Shown piece by piece: positions 1 to 7,960 of a DNA stretch of 32,000 bases. A program made the translations under genes and the position numbers. The stretch is from the NCBI RefSeq assembly GCF_000007185.1, contig NC_003551.1, positions 810,001 to 842,000 on the forward strand, read 5' to 3'. This DNA is from Methanopyrus kandleri AV19. Its GTDB lineage: Archaea; JAADCQ01; Methanopyri; Methanopyrales; Methanopyraceae. Every line of letters begins with the position of its first letter. Position 1 is the first letter of the stretch. The notes under the pieces are model-generated. The model ran no database searches. It saw nothing but the letters and a program-made list of their open reading frames with translations, and was not told where the DNA came from.

Positions 1-419
1 GCAGCTACACTTGCCGGGATCTTCGGATCCTCTACGGCGACTTCAACCACATAAGCGTTCACGGAGTTCAAGAACACTGCCGGAGCTTTTCCGAGTCCCG
101 CTTTCCTTAACGCCTGACTCAGTTCCTGCGCTATATCGTACTTCGACACCGGAGTGGGCGCCTTCACTATGATGTACGCGTCACACGATGAAGGTGCTGT
201 CCTGATCCCTCCCACCCTGATCACGTAAGGACACTTGAGCAGTGCCCGCTTGACATCCCCTGGCTCCACCGATCCCTTGACGTTCGTGATCGCTACGTGA
301 TAACACCCGACTCTGGCTCCCTTTGAAGAGATCGACCACTGGTAAGTTATCACTCCCATCAACGCACCGATAAAGATCGCCGAGATGAGCAGGACGGCTA
401 CGATCTTAGTCCTCAACAC
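1..419 (-). CDS. Hypothetical membrane-anchored protein (3' part runs off the window start)
   Basis: The minus-strand frame is open from GTG 419-417 (or TTG 416-414) to position 1. It is absent from the ORF track because it is truncated. My translation starts VLRTKIVAVLLISAIFIGALMGVITYQW (one N-terminal TM helix) and continues with soluble-looking sequence. The start overlaps the TAG of the upstream gene (TAGTG). Confidence 0.5.
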   Translation of the reverse strand, partial: MLRTKIVAVLLISAIFIGALMGVITYQWSISSKGARVGCYHVAITNVKGSVEPGDVKRALLKCPYVIRVGGIRTAPSSCDAYIIVKAPTPVSKYDIAQELSQALRKAGLGKAPAVFLNSVNAYVVEVAVEDPKIPASVA

Positions 420-1270
420 TACCACCCCTGTCCCCTGGCGATCGCGGTCATCAGGAGGAGGGCCACCGCCCATACTACGGAGTTAGGAGCTAACGGGGAC
501 GTCAGGTACCAGACCACACGGATCGTCGCCTGAAGGAGCATCGGTGTCAGGCCGATGAGAACGGCGATGATCACGTATCGTCGTACGGGAAGCGGTCCTA
601 ACGCCCACACGATGAGCATCCCTAGTCCGATAACCATCGGTTTACACATGAACCCACCATCTACGGCTCCGAGCACTACGAGAAATCCCGCCCATGATAG
701 CAGTAGCGATTCGGCTGCACTCCCGCGCTCGTGGAACACGGCTAATGGTGACAGGATGGCTAAGATCACGTAGGATGCGATTACGGCGGCAGTGAAGATC
801 ACGGCGGCCCACGTGGGCATGAACTTGGACAAAACGGATCCATAATGGTACTTAGTCGGAATCGGACCTATAACGTAGTTCATGACCTTCCCTACGCACG
901 CCTTGAGGGAGTGGGTGTGAGTCAGCGAGGAGGTCTCACCGACCGACGACCCCCCGGACACGACGACCAAAGTGCCAGCTTTCAGGCCGTACGGGGTGTT
1001 GTATTGCAGTATCATCTGAGCCAGGTAGGGGCTCGTAAGGATCAGGAGCGCGAGGCATAATATCAATCTCCCCGAAGCGAGGACCTCGATCCATCGGCTC
1101 GGTATCGAAGGGGATGACCAGAGCAATAGGCACATCAGCCCGAGGTGGGCTAGTAGTATAGCTGGTTTGGCCTCCGTGGATCCCGTTAAAAGTGGGTAGA
1201 AAAACTTCCTGAAAATCCCGTCGAGAGGCGTATCGGCCAGAATAAGGGTGGCAGAGATCGAGAGTAACAC
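419..1270 (-). CDS. Polytopic integral membrane protein, family not recognised
   Basis: 283-aa ORF with a GTG start. It has multiple hydrophobic segments (AILLAHLGLMCLLLW, LILCLALLILTSPYL, WAAVIFTAAVIASYVILAIL, VIIAVLIGLTPMLL). The antisense and overlapping ORFs are compositionally poor. Confidence 0.6.
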   Translation of the reverse strand: MLLSISATLILADTPLDGIFRKFFYPLLTGSTEAKPAILLAHLGLMCLLLWSSPSIPSRWIEVLASGRLILCLALLILTSPYLAQMILQYNTPYGLKAGTLVVVSGGSSVGETSSLTHTHSLKACVGKVMNYVIGPIPTKYHYGSVLSKFMPTWAAVIFTAAVIASYVILAILSPLAVFHERGSAAESLLLSWAGFLVVLGAVDGGFMCKPMVIGLGMLIVWALGPLPVRRYVIIAVLIGLTPMLLQATIRVVWYLTSPLAPNSVVWAVALLLMTAIARGQGW

Positions 1271-1292
1271 GAGCGATGCAGCGAAGTAGAGA

Positions 1293-2264
1293 TTACCCGA
1301 CTTCGAGGATCTCTTCGACGATCTCCGCGACGGCGCTTCGCCCCCTTCTTATGAGCCACTCTCCACGTGGCTTGCGGGCCATCTGGACGGCGTCCTCCGC
1401 ACCGGAGCTTTCGCTTAAGTACATTACCGGTACGCCGGACTCTTCGGCGATCCAATGGCTCAGGTGTTTGGGATGCACTTCCGACACCTTCACGGCCTTC
1501 TTCGCCACCACACAGGCTTCTATCGTGACCCCGAACCCTCCGGCGAACACTACCGTATCGGCCAGCATCATTACTCCGGGTAAATCCACGAATTCCCGAA
1601 CGCACTCGAAGCCCTCTGGAGGGCTTACCCTGAACGGCACCACCACAGGATCGTGGTCCTCGAGATCGGAGAGCAGTCGTCGGGCTCCTTCCTCCGTGAT
1701 GTCGCCACCCAAACATACCAGTACGCGACCTTCGTACTCTTCCGGTACGGGTCCCGGAATACGACCGGATAGGTGGCGGTCCGCTAGGTACTGGGCCAAC
1801 GGTGCCCCGGAAACCACCTTAGTCTCAACTCCCACCCGTCGTTTGAGTACCTCCGCCCACTTCTCCGAGAACGGCACCAGCACACGCGTCGCCCATCGGA
1901 CGGCTTCCACGGGGTTGTACACGTCCATCTCTAAGTGTACGGAGGGGATCCCTAGCATCCGAGATGCTATCAGAGACTTCCTGGCGTCCCCGGTGTTACC
2001 GGATGAAAGTACCACGGAAGCACGCTCCGACGCCAAAGCCCGTACCGTCCGTATTAAGTCAACGGAGAACCCTACGTACCCAAGTAATCCTTGTCTCCGT
2101 CGGGGCTTTCCTAACTGCTTCGTCTCGATACCTTCCCATTTCAGTATCTCGACTCCACGCCCGTGTCCGTATACTGTTACTTCCCACCCTTCCTCCAGGA
2201 GTCGCTCCCACACCGGGAGGAGGTTCTTGGCCGGGGACGGTTCTACGAGACTGAAAGCTTTCAT
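1293..2264 (-). CDS. MurG-like GT-B fold glycosyltransferase
   Basis: The ORF track gives 1293..2312. I prefer ATG 2264 (MKAFSLV...), which lies 4 nt past the hisB stop and is preceded by GGTGA. The protein is collinear with MurG-type transferases (GWEVTVYG..GIE; VVLSSGNTG..LGIPSVHLE; RVLVCLGG; ADTVVFAGGFGVTIEA). The N-terminal glycine-rich loop of MurG is absent. Confidence 0.55.
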   Translation of the reverse strand: MKAFSLVEPSPAKNLLPVWERLLEEGWEVTVYGHGRGVEILKWEGIETKQLGKPRRRQGLLGYVGFSVDLIRTVRALASERASVVLSSGNTGDARKSLIASRMLGIPSVHLEMDVYNPVEAVRWATRVLVPFSEKWAEVLKRRVGVETKVVSGAPLAQYLADRHLSGRIPGPVPEEYEGRVLVCLGGDITEEGARRLLSDLEDHDPVVVPFRVSPPEGFECVREFVDLPGVMMLADTVVFAGGFGVTIEACVVAKKAVKVSEVHPKHLSHWIAEESGVPVMYLSESSGAEDAVQMARKPRGEWLIRRGRSAVAEIVEEILEVG

Positions 2265-2268
2265 CCGC

Positions 2269-2865
2269 TCACCCGCGTCGGAGCGTTCCCTTAGTGGATG
2301 GCACTCCGTCACCGACGATTTCCTTCGCTGCGCCGAGTGCGCGGCCTACGGCCTTAAACATGGCTTCGATGGCGTGATGGTCGTTGTCCCACCACCGTAC
2401 CACCACATGCATGGTTACGCCGGCGTGGTCGCAGAAGCTTTTCCAGAAGTGCGAGACGTTCTCCGTGGATAATGGAGGAGAACCGATTCTATTGCGTCGG
2501 GGTCGGTACCCCTTTAAGACGAAGTAAGGCCTTCCGGAGATATCTACAGCACATTCTACTAGCGCTTCATCCATAGGTACCAGTGCCCATGCGATCCGTC
2601 GGATACCCTCGCGATCTCCGAGTGCTTCGTTCAAGGCTTTACCCAGGCATATACCGACGTCCTCGACGGTGTGATGATCGTCGACCTCTAGGTCGCCTCG
2701 GGCTTTGATCTCAACATCTATACGTCCGTGAAAGGCGAACTGGTGCAGGAGGTGGTCGAAAAACGGAAGACCGGTGTCGACCTTAGCGCGACCGGATCCG
2801 TCTAGGTTCACGCTCACCTCAACTTCCGTTTCCTTCGTCGTACGCTTGACATCCGCCGTCCGCAC
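2269..2865 (-). CDS. hisB: Imidazoleglycerol-phosphate dehydratase
   Basis: Hallmark HisB blocks are present: KRTTKETEVEVSVNLDGSG, TGLPFFDHLLHQFAFHG, GDLEVDDHHTVEDVGICLG, HVVVRWWDNDHHAIEAMFKAVGRAL. The ORF is open to 2967. GTG 2865 is preceded by GGGGTGA at 5 nt and gives a typical 198-aa protein starting MRTADVKRTTKET. GTG 2874 or the upstream ATGs remain possible. Confidence 0.92.
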   Translation of the reverse strand: MRTADVKRTTKETEVEVSVNLDGSGRAKVDTGLPFFDHLLHQFAFHGRIDVEIKARGDLEVDDHHTVEDVGICLGKALNEALGDREGIRRIAWALVPMDEALVECAVDISGRPYFVLKGYRPRRNRIGSPPLSTENVSHFWKSFCDHAGVTMHVVVRWWDNDHHAIEAMFKAVGRALGAAKEIVGDGVPSTKGTLRRG

Positions 2866-2901
2866 CGAGTTCACCCCATCGCAAACGTCGGTTGGTGGCG
2901 G

Positions 2902-2907
2902 TAAATA
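2902..2907 (+). promoter_or_regulatory. Candidate TATA-like element (TAAATA) for the OB-fold gene
   Basis: TAAATA lies 32-37 nt upstream of ATG 2939, in the roughly 70-nt spacer that exists if hisB starts at 2865/2874. This would give a very short leader. Confidence 0.25.
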
Positions 2908-2938
2908 GCACGGACGTGCGGCCCGATCTAGGGTCCCC

Positions 2939-3283
2939 ATGGAGAGGACGGTTTCCATCGTCTGCATCGTCCTAGGTGCCGCGTTACTTTGGATGTCTTC
3001 CGGTGCTTCTCATCAGGTGGTCGGGGCGAGAGAGTTGCAGTCGACCGATGACGGAACATTAGTAAGGGTCAAAGGCGAGGTGCTGCAGGTGAACGTAGTG
3101 AGCGACGGCGCGGAAGTTGTCGTTCTAGACGCGGGGGACGGGACGGTGACCGTGTTCCTCAGTAGGGAAGCCGCAAGTACTTTGGCCCCGACTCCTGGGG
3201 AATCGCTGGAAGTGGTAGGAAGAGTTGAAGAGTATCGAGGGCGGAAGGAAGTCCGTGTGGATTCGCCGGTACGTGCCCGCTAA
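2939..3283 (+). CDS. Membrane-anchored OB-fold (tRNA_anti-like) protein
   Basis: 114 aa. It has an N-terminal hydrophobic anchor (VSIVCIVLGAALLWM). The rest follows the OB-fold pattern LVRVKGEVLQVNVVSDGAEVVVLDAGDGTVTVFL...GESLEVVGRVEEYRGRKEVRV. Confidence 0.65.
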   Translation: MERTVSIVCIVLGAALLWMSSGASHQVVGARELQSTDDGTLVRVKGEVLQVNVVSDGAEVVVLDAGDGTVTVFLSREAASTLAPTPGESLEVVGRVEEYRGRKEVRVDSPVRAR

Positions 3284-4070
3284 GGCTCTCATCGTCGTGA
3301 TCATCACGACGTTAACGGTCCCGTATTTCGTGTTCTACGGTAAGCCGCGCGGTCCCGGGTACCCTACGGAGCTGTACGGATACCGGATCGTACTGGAAGA
3401 TCCGGCGCTCGCGGTAGTGGACGTGGAACCCAGACGGACCCTGCTGTTCAGACACACGCTTACGGTGTCCGATGAAGGTTGGTCCGTACATCCTGTCTTC
3501 GATATACCTCCCCTGATATTCGTGCGCGCGGAGCGCATGGATACTCTTGAAACGGTTAAGAGGAACTTGTGGGCGGTTGTACTACAGGAGGGAGCTGGAC
3601 GGGTGTTCATGCCCGACGAGTTCGTTGAGGGTGGCGTTCCGGGACTCATCACAGGCATCGCCGGCCAGGCTTGGGCCTGGAAACATCTGAAATGGGCCAG
3701 AGAGTTCGGAGTTATTCACGGGCTACGTCGGTACGCTAAGGAGGTCGGACCCGAGCGCATTTCCACTGCCATCTTAGAGGAGTATAGGAGAGCACCGTGG
3801 CGGGCGATCCTAGATTTCTGTGACATGATGAAGAACAGTGACGTAGGGAGGTTCCTGCGCTCACGTGGGCTTTCCTTCCGGGATTTCCTCACCAGTAAAG
3901 ATCCGAAACTAGTAGCGGAGGTCCTAGTCGTGTTGGACCTGGGAAGGCTCGACGAGCGAGTAGTCGATGAAAGAATACGGTACGTGTTGGATGCGAGGGC
4001 TTACCCCATCCCCGAGTCGGAAGAAAAGATCGTGGATAAGGCGGCGCGTGAGCTGCTTCGTCATGGATGA
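3273..4070 (+). CDS. Hypothetical protein with N-terminal TM helix
   Basis: The ORF track gives 3225..4070, but its first ~59 nt overlap the OB-fold gene. GTG 3273 (or 3255) is more likely. The TM segment is ALIVVIITTLTVPYFVF. No family recognised. The 3' end overlaps the tfb stop by 10 nt (convergent). Confidence 0.55.
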   Translation: MPAKALIVVIITTLTVPYFVFYGKPRGPGYPTELYGYRIVLEDPALAVVDVEPRRTLLFRHTLTVSDEGWSVHPVFDIPPLIFVRAERMDTLETVKRNLWAVVLQEGAGRVFMPDEFVEGGVPGLITGIAGQAWAWKHLKWAREFGVIHGLRRYAKEVGPERISTAILEEYRRAPWRAILDFCDMMKNSDVGRFLRSRGLSFRDFLTSKDPKLVAEVLVVLDLGRLDERVVDERIRYVLDARAYPIPESEEKIVDKAARELLRHG

Positions 4071-4984
4071 AGCTCGATCCCGAGGGCTTCACAGATCTCC
4101 TTGTACCGGTTTCGGATCGTAACTTCCGTAACTCGAGCAACCTCCGCAATCTCCTTCTGAGTACGTCTCTCTCCCTCGAGGATGGACGCGATGTATAATG
4201 CGGCCGCGGCTACGCCGGCTGGCCCCTTACCCACGGTGATGCCTTTCTCCTTGGCCTTTTCGATGATCTCTTGAGCCTTAGCCTGGACGTTTTCGGAGAC
4301 CCCTAACTTCGAGGCGAACCTGGGTAGGTGATCGGAGGGTTCAGTCGGTTTCTGCTTCAGGTTCAGCCGACGTTGCAGTACTCGATAAGCCCGGAGTATC
4401 TCGTTCTCATCCGAGACTCCGAGCGCCTCCGCGATCTCGCGGGCAGTCCGGGGCACGCGAGCTTCTTTACACGCGGCGAATACCGCCGCTCCCAAAACGC
4501 TCTCTATGCCGCGGCCACGCACGATCCCTTCTTTGTACGCCTTCCTGTATATCGAGGCGGCGAGTTCCCTGACCGACTCGGGTAACTGAAGCTTGGACGC
4601 GAGATTCTCCAGCTCCAGGAACGCCTGGAAAAAGTTCCTTTCCCGACTTCCCGATACTTTGATACGTGCATCCCAGGTGCGAATGCGCCGCATCCGGGGG
4701 TTCTTTTTCCCACCGGAGTCGCGCAACTCCCGGTCTATAATCGTGGAGATGCCCTTATCCGGCAACCTCAGCTTGACGGGCTCTCCAGTTCGAGACCTCC
4801 GTTGTCTCTGGTCCGGGTTAAAGTGCCGCCACTCAGGGCCGGGATCTATCACCGGGTCTTCCGTGACCAGTCCGCAATTCGCGCAGACGTACTCACCCCG
4901 CTCCTCATCGAAAACAATCTCTGCGGAACCACACGCCGGACATTCCTCCGTGAACTTCCCGGTGTTCCTTTCAGAAGCAGCCAT
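4061..4984 (-). CDS. tfb: Transcription initiation factor IIB (TFB)
   Basis: 307 aa. It has the N-terminal Zn ribbon CPACGS...CANCG and the PGPEWRHF linker. Two cyclin-like repeats follow, ending in the HTH QKEIAEVARVTEVTIRNRY. Confidence 0.96.
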   Translation of the reverse strand: MAASERNTGKFTEECPACGSAEIVFDEERGEYVCANCGLVTEDPVIDPGPEWRHFNPDQRQRRSRTGEPVKLRLPDKGISTIIDRELRDSGGKKNPRMRRIRTWDARIKVSGSRERNFFQAFLELENLASKLQLPESVRELAASIYRKAYKEGIVRGRGIESVLGAAVFAACKEARVPRTAREIAEALGVSDENEILRAYRVLQRRLNLKQKPTEPSDHLPRFASKLGVSENVQAKAQEIIEKAKEKGITVGKGPAGVAAAALYIASILEGERRTQKEIAEVARVTEVTIRNRYKEICEALGIELHP

Positions 4985-4999
4985 TCTCGATACACCCCA

Positions 5000-5284
5000 T
5001 CATCTGCGGCGGCGGGGCCGACCCCGCCGCCTGCGAGGAGGACGCCTTCGCCGTCGTCTGGGTGGTATGAAGAGCTCCTTCCCGACGAACCTCTCGAGGT
5101 GGTGGCGGGACTTATCTCGGATGGCCACGTAGGGCTTATCCGCGGGCCCAAAAACGTCCACAATAACACCTACACGCTCACGACGGCGAGTTACAACGGG
5201 CGCCCCTAACGGCGGTACGTGATCGGCCCTTGCGATCAGATTTCCCCGGGGCGTAACGTGGAGGGCGCGCCCCAGCCTGCGCAT
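5000..5284 (-). CDS. gar1: H/ACA RNP component Gar1
   Basis: MRRLGRALHVTPRGNLIAR...VGVIVDVFGPADKPYVAIRDK is collinear with archaeal Gar1. It ends in a basic C-terminal tail. It lies 15 nt upstream of tfb, a commonly conserved gar1-tfb pairing. Confidence 0.88.
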   Translation of the reverse strand: MRRLGRALHVTPRGNLIARADHVPPLGAPVVTRRRERVGVIVDVFGPADKPYVAIRDKSRHHLERFVGKELFIPPRRRRRRPPRRRRGRPRRRR

Positions 5285-5320
5285 GACGACACCGCCTGTG
5301 TGTCATTGTTCAACTCGAAG

Positions 5321-5336
5321 GTTTTATTGTTTTTGG
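5321..5336 (-). promoter_or_regulatory. Candidate TATA/BRE region for the gar1-tfb operon
   Basis: This is the only AT-rich stretch in the 77-nt spacer (minus strand CCAAAAACAATAAAAC). It lies ~38-52 nt upstream of the gar1 ATG. Confidence 0.35.
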
Positions 5337-5361
5337 CACTCTAGAGCCCACGACTCAGACT

Positions 5362-5835
5362 TCACCTGTTGGCACATTCCGAGCACACATCGAGTTTCTT
5401 GTTGCTCTTGAACTTCTTCCCACACACCTTACACGTACACTCGTACAGCTTTGCTCGCTTACCCTCGAGCTCGGCTTCCCTCTTGATCCGGCATGTCCTC
5501 TCCAGCTCTCGACGGAGGTAGAACCAGGTATCACCGAACACATCCCTGCCACGCATTACTACTCTCCTGGCGACCTCGAGTCCATCGCCGTCTCCATGCA
5601 TAGCACGTACCATGGCACTCAAGAACTGGCGCTCTCGGTACCTGTAAAGGTCTATAGCGTCGTTGGGGCAGACGCGCACGCACTCATCGCAAGCGTCGCA
5701 GGCCTCCAGGTCCGCGATGACCACCTCTTCGCCCTTGATTTTCAACACTCCTCTCTCACAAACTTCCACACAGAGCGCACAGGAGGCTCCCTCACATCTG
5801 GTCCGGTCGATCTCGATCCGACGGACTACCTGCAC
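5362..5835 (-). CDS. 2x[4Fe-4S] ferredoxin-like domain fused to a helical region and C-terminal Zn ribbon
   Basis: The ORF is open to 5943. GTG 5835 is preceded by GGGGGAG and starts right before the Fe-S domain. Cysteine motifs are CEGASCALCVEVC and CDACDECVRVCP. The C-terminal ribbon is CTCKVCG...CSEC. Confidence 0.65.
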   Translation of the reverse strand: MQVVRRIEIDRTRCEGASCALCVEVCERGVLKIKGEEVVIADLEACDACDECVRVCPNDAIDLYRYRERQFLSAMVRAMHGDGDGLEVARRVVMRGRDVFGDTWFYLRRELERTCRIKREAELEGKRAKLYECTCKVCGKKFKSNKKLDVCSECANR

Positions 5836-5861
5836 CGAGGCTCCCCCGGGGAGGATCGGAG

Positions 5862-6254
5862 TTGGACGTACGGGTTCGAGAGGATGACGGCGACGTGATC
5901 TTAGAGTTCTATGCGGAGGATGGCAAGTCGGTCGAAGTTTCAACGCGTGCGTTCTACACGGCAGTATACCTGAACCGTCAGGACCCTATCGAGAAAACGA
6001 AGGAGTTGTTCATTAAGGTCTCGAGGATCCTCGGCGAGGAGCAACCCGAGATCTCGGTGCGGCGAGAGGAGGACCCTTCGGGTCACATCCTGAACCCGTG
6101 GGTGGCTAACTCGGAGGGTGCTGACGACGTATGGCCGCTGGTGTTCGAGGTGAGATCGAAGGACGGAGTGGCACGGGAGTTCACGTTACTTGTTCCCGTG
6201 AGGTTAGAGCGTCGACGACTCAGGGAGATACTTTTAAAAGTTTTCAGATCTTGA
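5862..6254 (+). CDS. Hypothetical protein
   Basis: 130 aa with a TTG start 6 nt after GGAGGA. Composition looks protein-like. No family recognised. Confidence 0.5.
   Translation: MDVRVREDDGDVILEFYAEDGKSVEVSTRAFYTAVYLNRQDPIEKTKELFIKVSRILGEEQPEISVRREEDPSGHILNPWVANSEGADDVWPLVFEVRSKDGVAREFTLLVPVRLERRRLREILLKVFRS
6232..6239 (+). promoter_or_regulatory. Candidate TATA box (TTTTAAAA) for the HTH-PhoU operon
   Basis: TTTTAAAA lies inside the 3' end of the preceding ORF, ~46-53 nt upstream of TTG 6285. A strong SD (GGAGGTGAT) sits at 6270-6278. Confidence 0.35.
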
Positions 6255-6284
6255 TCGTCGGGTTTCCACGGAGGTGATATCATC

Positions 6285-7220
6285 TTGTACCCGAGAGGAA
6301 GGGAGGCTACCCTCGCGGCCGTCTTGCATACCATACTGCGGGACCGTCCCTCGACACAGAAAGAGATCGCAGAGAAGGTTGGCGTTTCCCGACGATACGT
6401 GACGGAACTCCTAAGGCCGCTCATCGAGGAGGGCGCCGTTCGAAGGACGTATACCGTCGACATGTCGAAGCTCAGACGCCATTTCCCCGAATTATTCGAG
6501 GAGCTTGGAAACTTCCTGTACGAAGATGTGGAGATGCACTTAGAGGGCGTCCGACCTTACTTCAAACGCATGACCGACCTGACCCTCGAGCAGATCGAGA
6601 CGGCTCTTATCGCGGTCGAGGAGAACCCGGAACAGGCCCCCAAAGTTATCGAGATGGACGAGGAAGTGAACCGGTTGGACGAGGAAATACGTCTCTACGT
6701 CCGGACGCTTCCAGTCCTCCATCCTTGTGAAGAAGCCGGCAAGGTGGCGACCCTACTGCTGGAGATCTCGCACTGCATCGAGCGGATAGGGGACTACGCG
6801 TGCAACATCGCGGAGGTGGCGGAAACACTCGGGACACTGTCCGACCTGCAATGCTGGAGGGAAGTGCGGGAGGCCGCCCTGGAAGCCCGTAGCATGGTGA
6901 AAACCGCCTACAGCATTTTCCTCGGTCGGGTGAAGGAGGAGGACCTGCGCCATGAAGCCGAAAAGGTGTACTGCGCCGAAGATCGTGTCCACAAAAACAT
7001 AATTAGGGCGTGTGAGAAGGCCGTCGAGGAAACGAAAGAGTTTCCTGAAAAGGCCGACCGACTGTTCGGTCTCTCTCGGATCACGAAGGACATCGAGCGT
7101 ATCGCGGATAAGGCTGTAGACGTTGTAGATTTCACGCGCGAGCTCGTAGAGGGTAGGCCCCGGGATCTCACACCTGAGCAGGAGATGAGGAGCACCCTAC
7201 CCGCTGACGGCACTCATTAG
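6285..7220 (+). CDS. Winged-HTH fused to PhoU-like (two-repeat) domain; putative regulator
   Basis: The N-terminal HTH is STQKEIAEKVGVSRRYVTELLRPLIEEGAV. Two PhoU-type repeats end in CIERIGDYACNIAE and DIERIADKAVDV. Confidence 0.75.
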   Translation: MYPRGREATLAAVLHTILRDRPSTQKEIAEKVGVSRRYVTELLRPLIEEGAVRRTYTVDMSKLRRHFPELFEELGNFLYEDVEMHLEGVRPYFKRMTDLTLEQIETALIAVEENPEQAPKVIEMDEEVNRLDEEIRLYVRTLPVLHPCEEAGKVATLLLEISHCIERIGDYACNIAEVAETLGTLSDLQCWREVREAALEARSMVKTAYSIFLGRVKEEDLRHEAEKVYCAEDRVHKNIIRACEKAVEETKEFPEKADRLFGLSRITKDIERIADKAVDVVDFTRELVEGRPRDLTPEQEMRSTLPADGTH

Positions 7221-7231
7221 GGGGGTGCCGG

Positions 7232-7948
7232 TTGTACTACATCGGGCTCGGTGGCTTCGGCTGTCGGTTCTCCACTCACGCCTCAAACGCAGGCCTCGAG
7301 GTGATCCTCTGCGCGGGATCCAGAGGAGACCTACTGCGGGTGTCGGAAGGCGAGAAAATCGAGGTGGCCAGCGGTATCGGGTTCAGTCGGGACTGGCGTA
7401 AGGCTTCCGAGGAGCTGCAAGAGCAAGCGGAGACTATCCGTGAGACGTTAGAAAGGGTGGGCGCCGAGGAACCCACGGTCCTCGCTTTCGGTCTCGGTGG
7501 AGCCGTCGGATACGCTTTAGCGCAGCAGATTCTGAAGGAGCCTCCGGTGCCTTTCATCGTACTGACCACGGTTCCGGGAGAATCGGAGGATCCTCAGGTG
7601 CGTCGCAACGCTGCTGAACAGGTGAAGAGCGTCCTGGGAGTGTCCATCAAGCTTCCCGTCCTCTGGGTGGACAACGCGTTAGGTGGGTATGAACGGGTTA
7701 ACAGGGTACTCGAGAGGACACTCCTCGACCTCCGAGACTTCCTGGGCGTGCCCGTGGAGGAGCTCCCGAACTTGGCCGGTAACTACGCGTTGTCACCTTC
7801 GATATCCGGAGAGAAGGTGACCGGGGACGTCGTCAAGACATCGGCGGATGAGGTCAGGAAGCTGGTGAAGAGTAGGGAGCCAGAGGAACACGTGGTTCGA
7901 CGCGAGCGCCGTGGGCCTGACCCGGAGTCGCTGAGAGAATTGTTCTAA
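7232..7948 (+). CDS. Truncated, degenerate FtsZ/tubulin-like GTPase-domain protein
   Basis: 238 aa with a TTG start after GGGGGGTG. It is collinear with the FtsZ N-terminal domain. T1: YYIGLGGFGCRF versus the GxGGxGxN pattern. T4: VLAFGLGGAVGYALA versus the GLGGGTGTG pattern. T5 region: VLTTVPGESEDPQVRRNAAEQV versus TxPFxxEGxxRxxNAxxG. T6: LWVDNAL versus the vIPNxxL pattern. There is no FtsZ C-terminal domain or T7 loop, only a charged ~70-aa tail. Confidence 0.6.
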   Translation: MYYIGLGGFGCRFSTHASNAGLEVILCAGSRGDLLRVSEGEKIEVASGIGFSRDWRKASEELQEQAETIRETLERVGAEEPTVLAFGLGGAVGYALAQQILKEPPVPFIVLTTVPGESEDPQVRRNAAEQVKSVLGVSIKLPVLWVDNALGGYERVNRVLERTLLDLRDFLGVPVEELPNLAGNYALSPSISGEKVTGDVVKTSADEVRKLVKSREPEEHVVRRERRGPDPESLRELF

Positions 7949-7960
7949 GGGGGAACCGCT

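Noticed and set aside
1276-2472. 398-aa plus-strand ORF across the glycosyltransferase and hisB genes
   Set aside because: Its translation is Ser/Thr/Pro/Arg-rich and it lies antisense to two genes with recognisable family motifs. This is a typical GC-rich shadow ORF.
5000-5062. Poly-arginine tail of Gar1 (PPRRRRRRPPRRRRGRPRRRR)
   Set aside because: Archaeal Gar1 proteins commonly end in a basic (Lys-rich) tail. Arg-for-Lys replacement is expected from the GC-rich composition, so it is not a novel feature.
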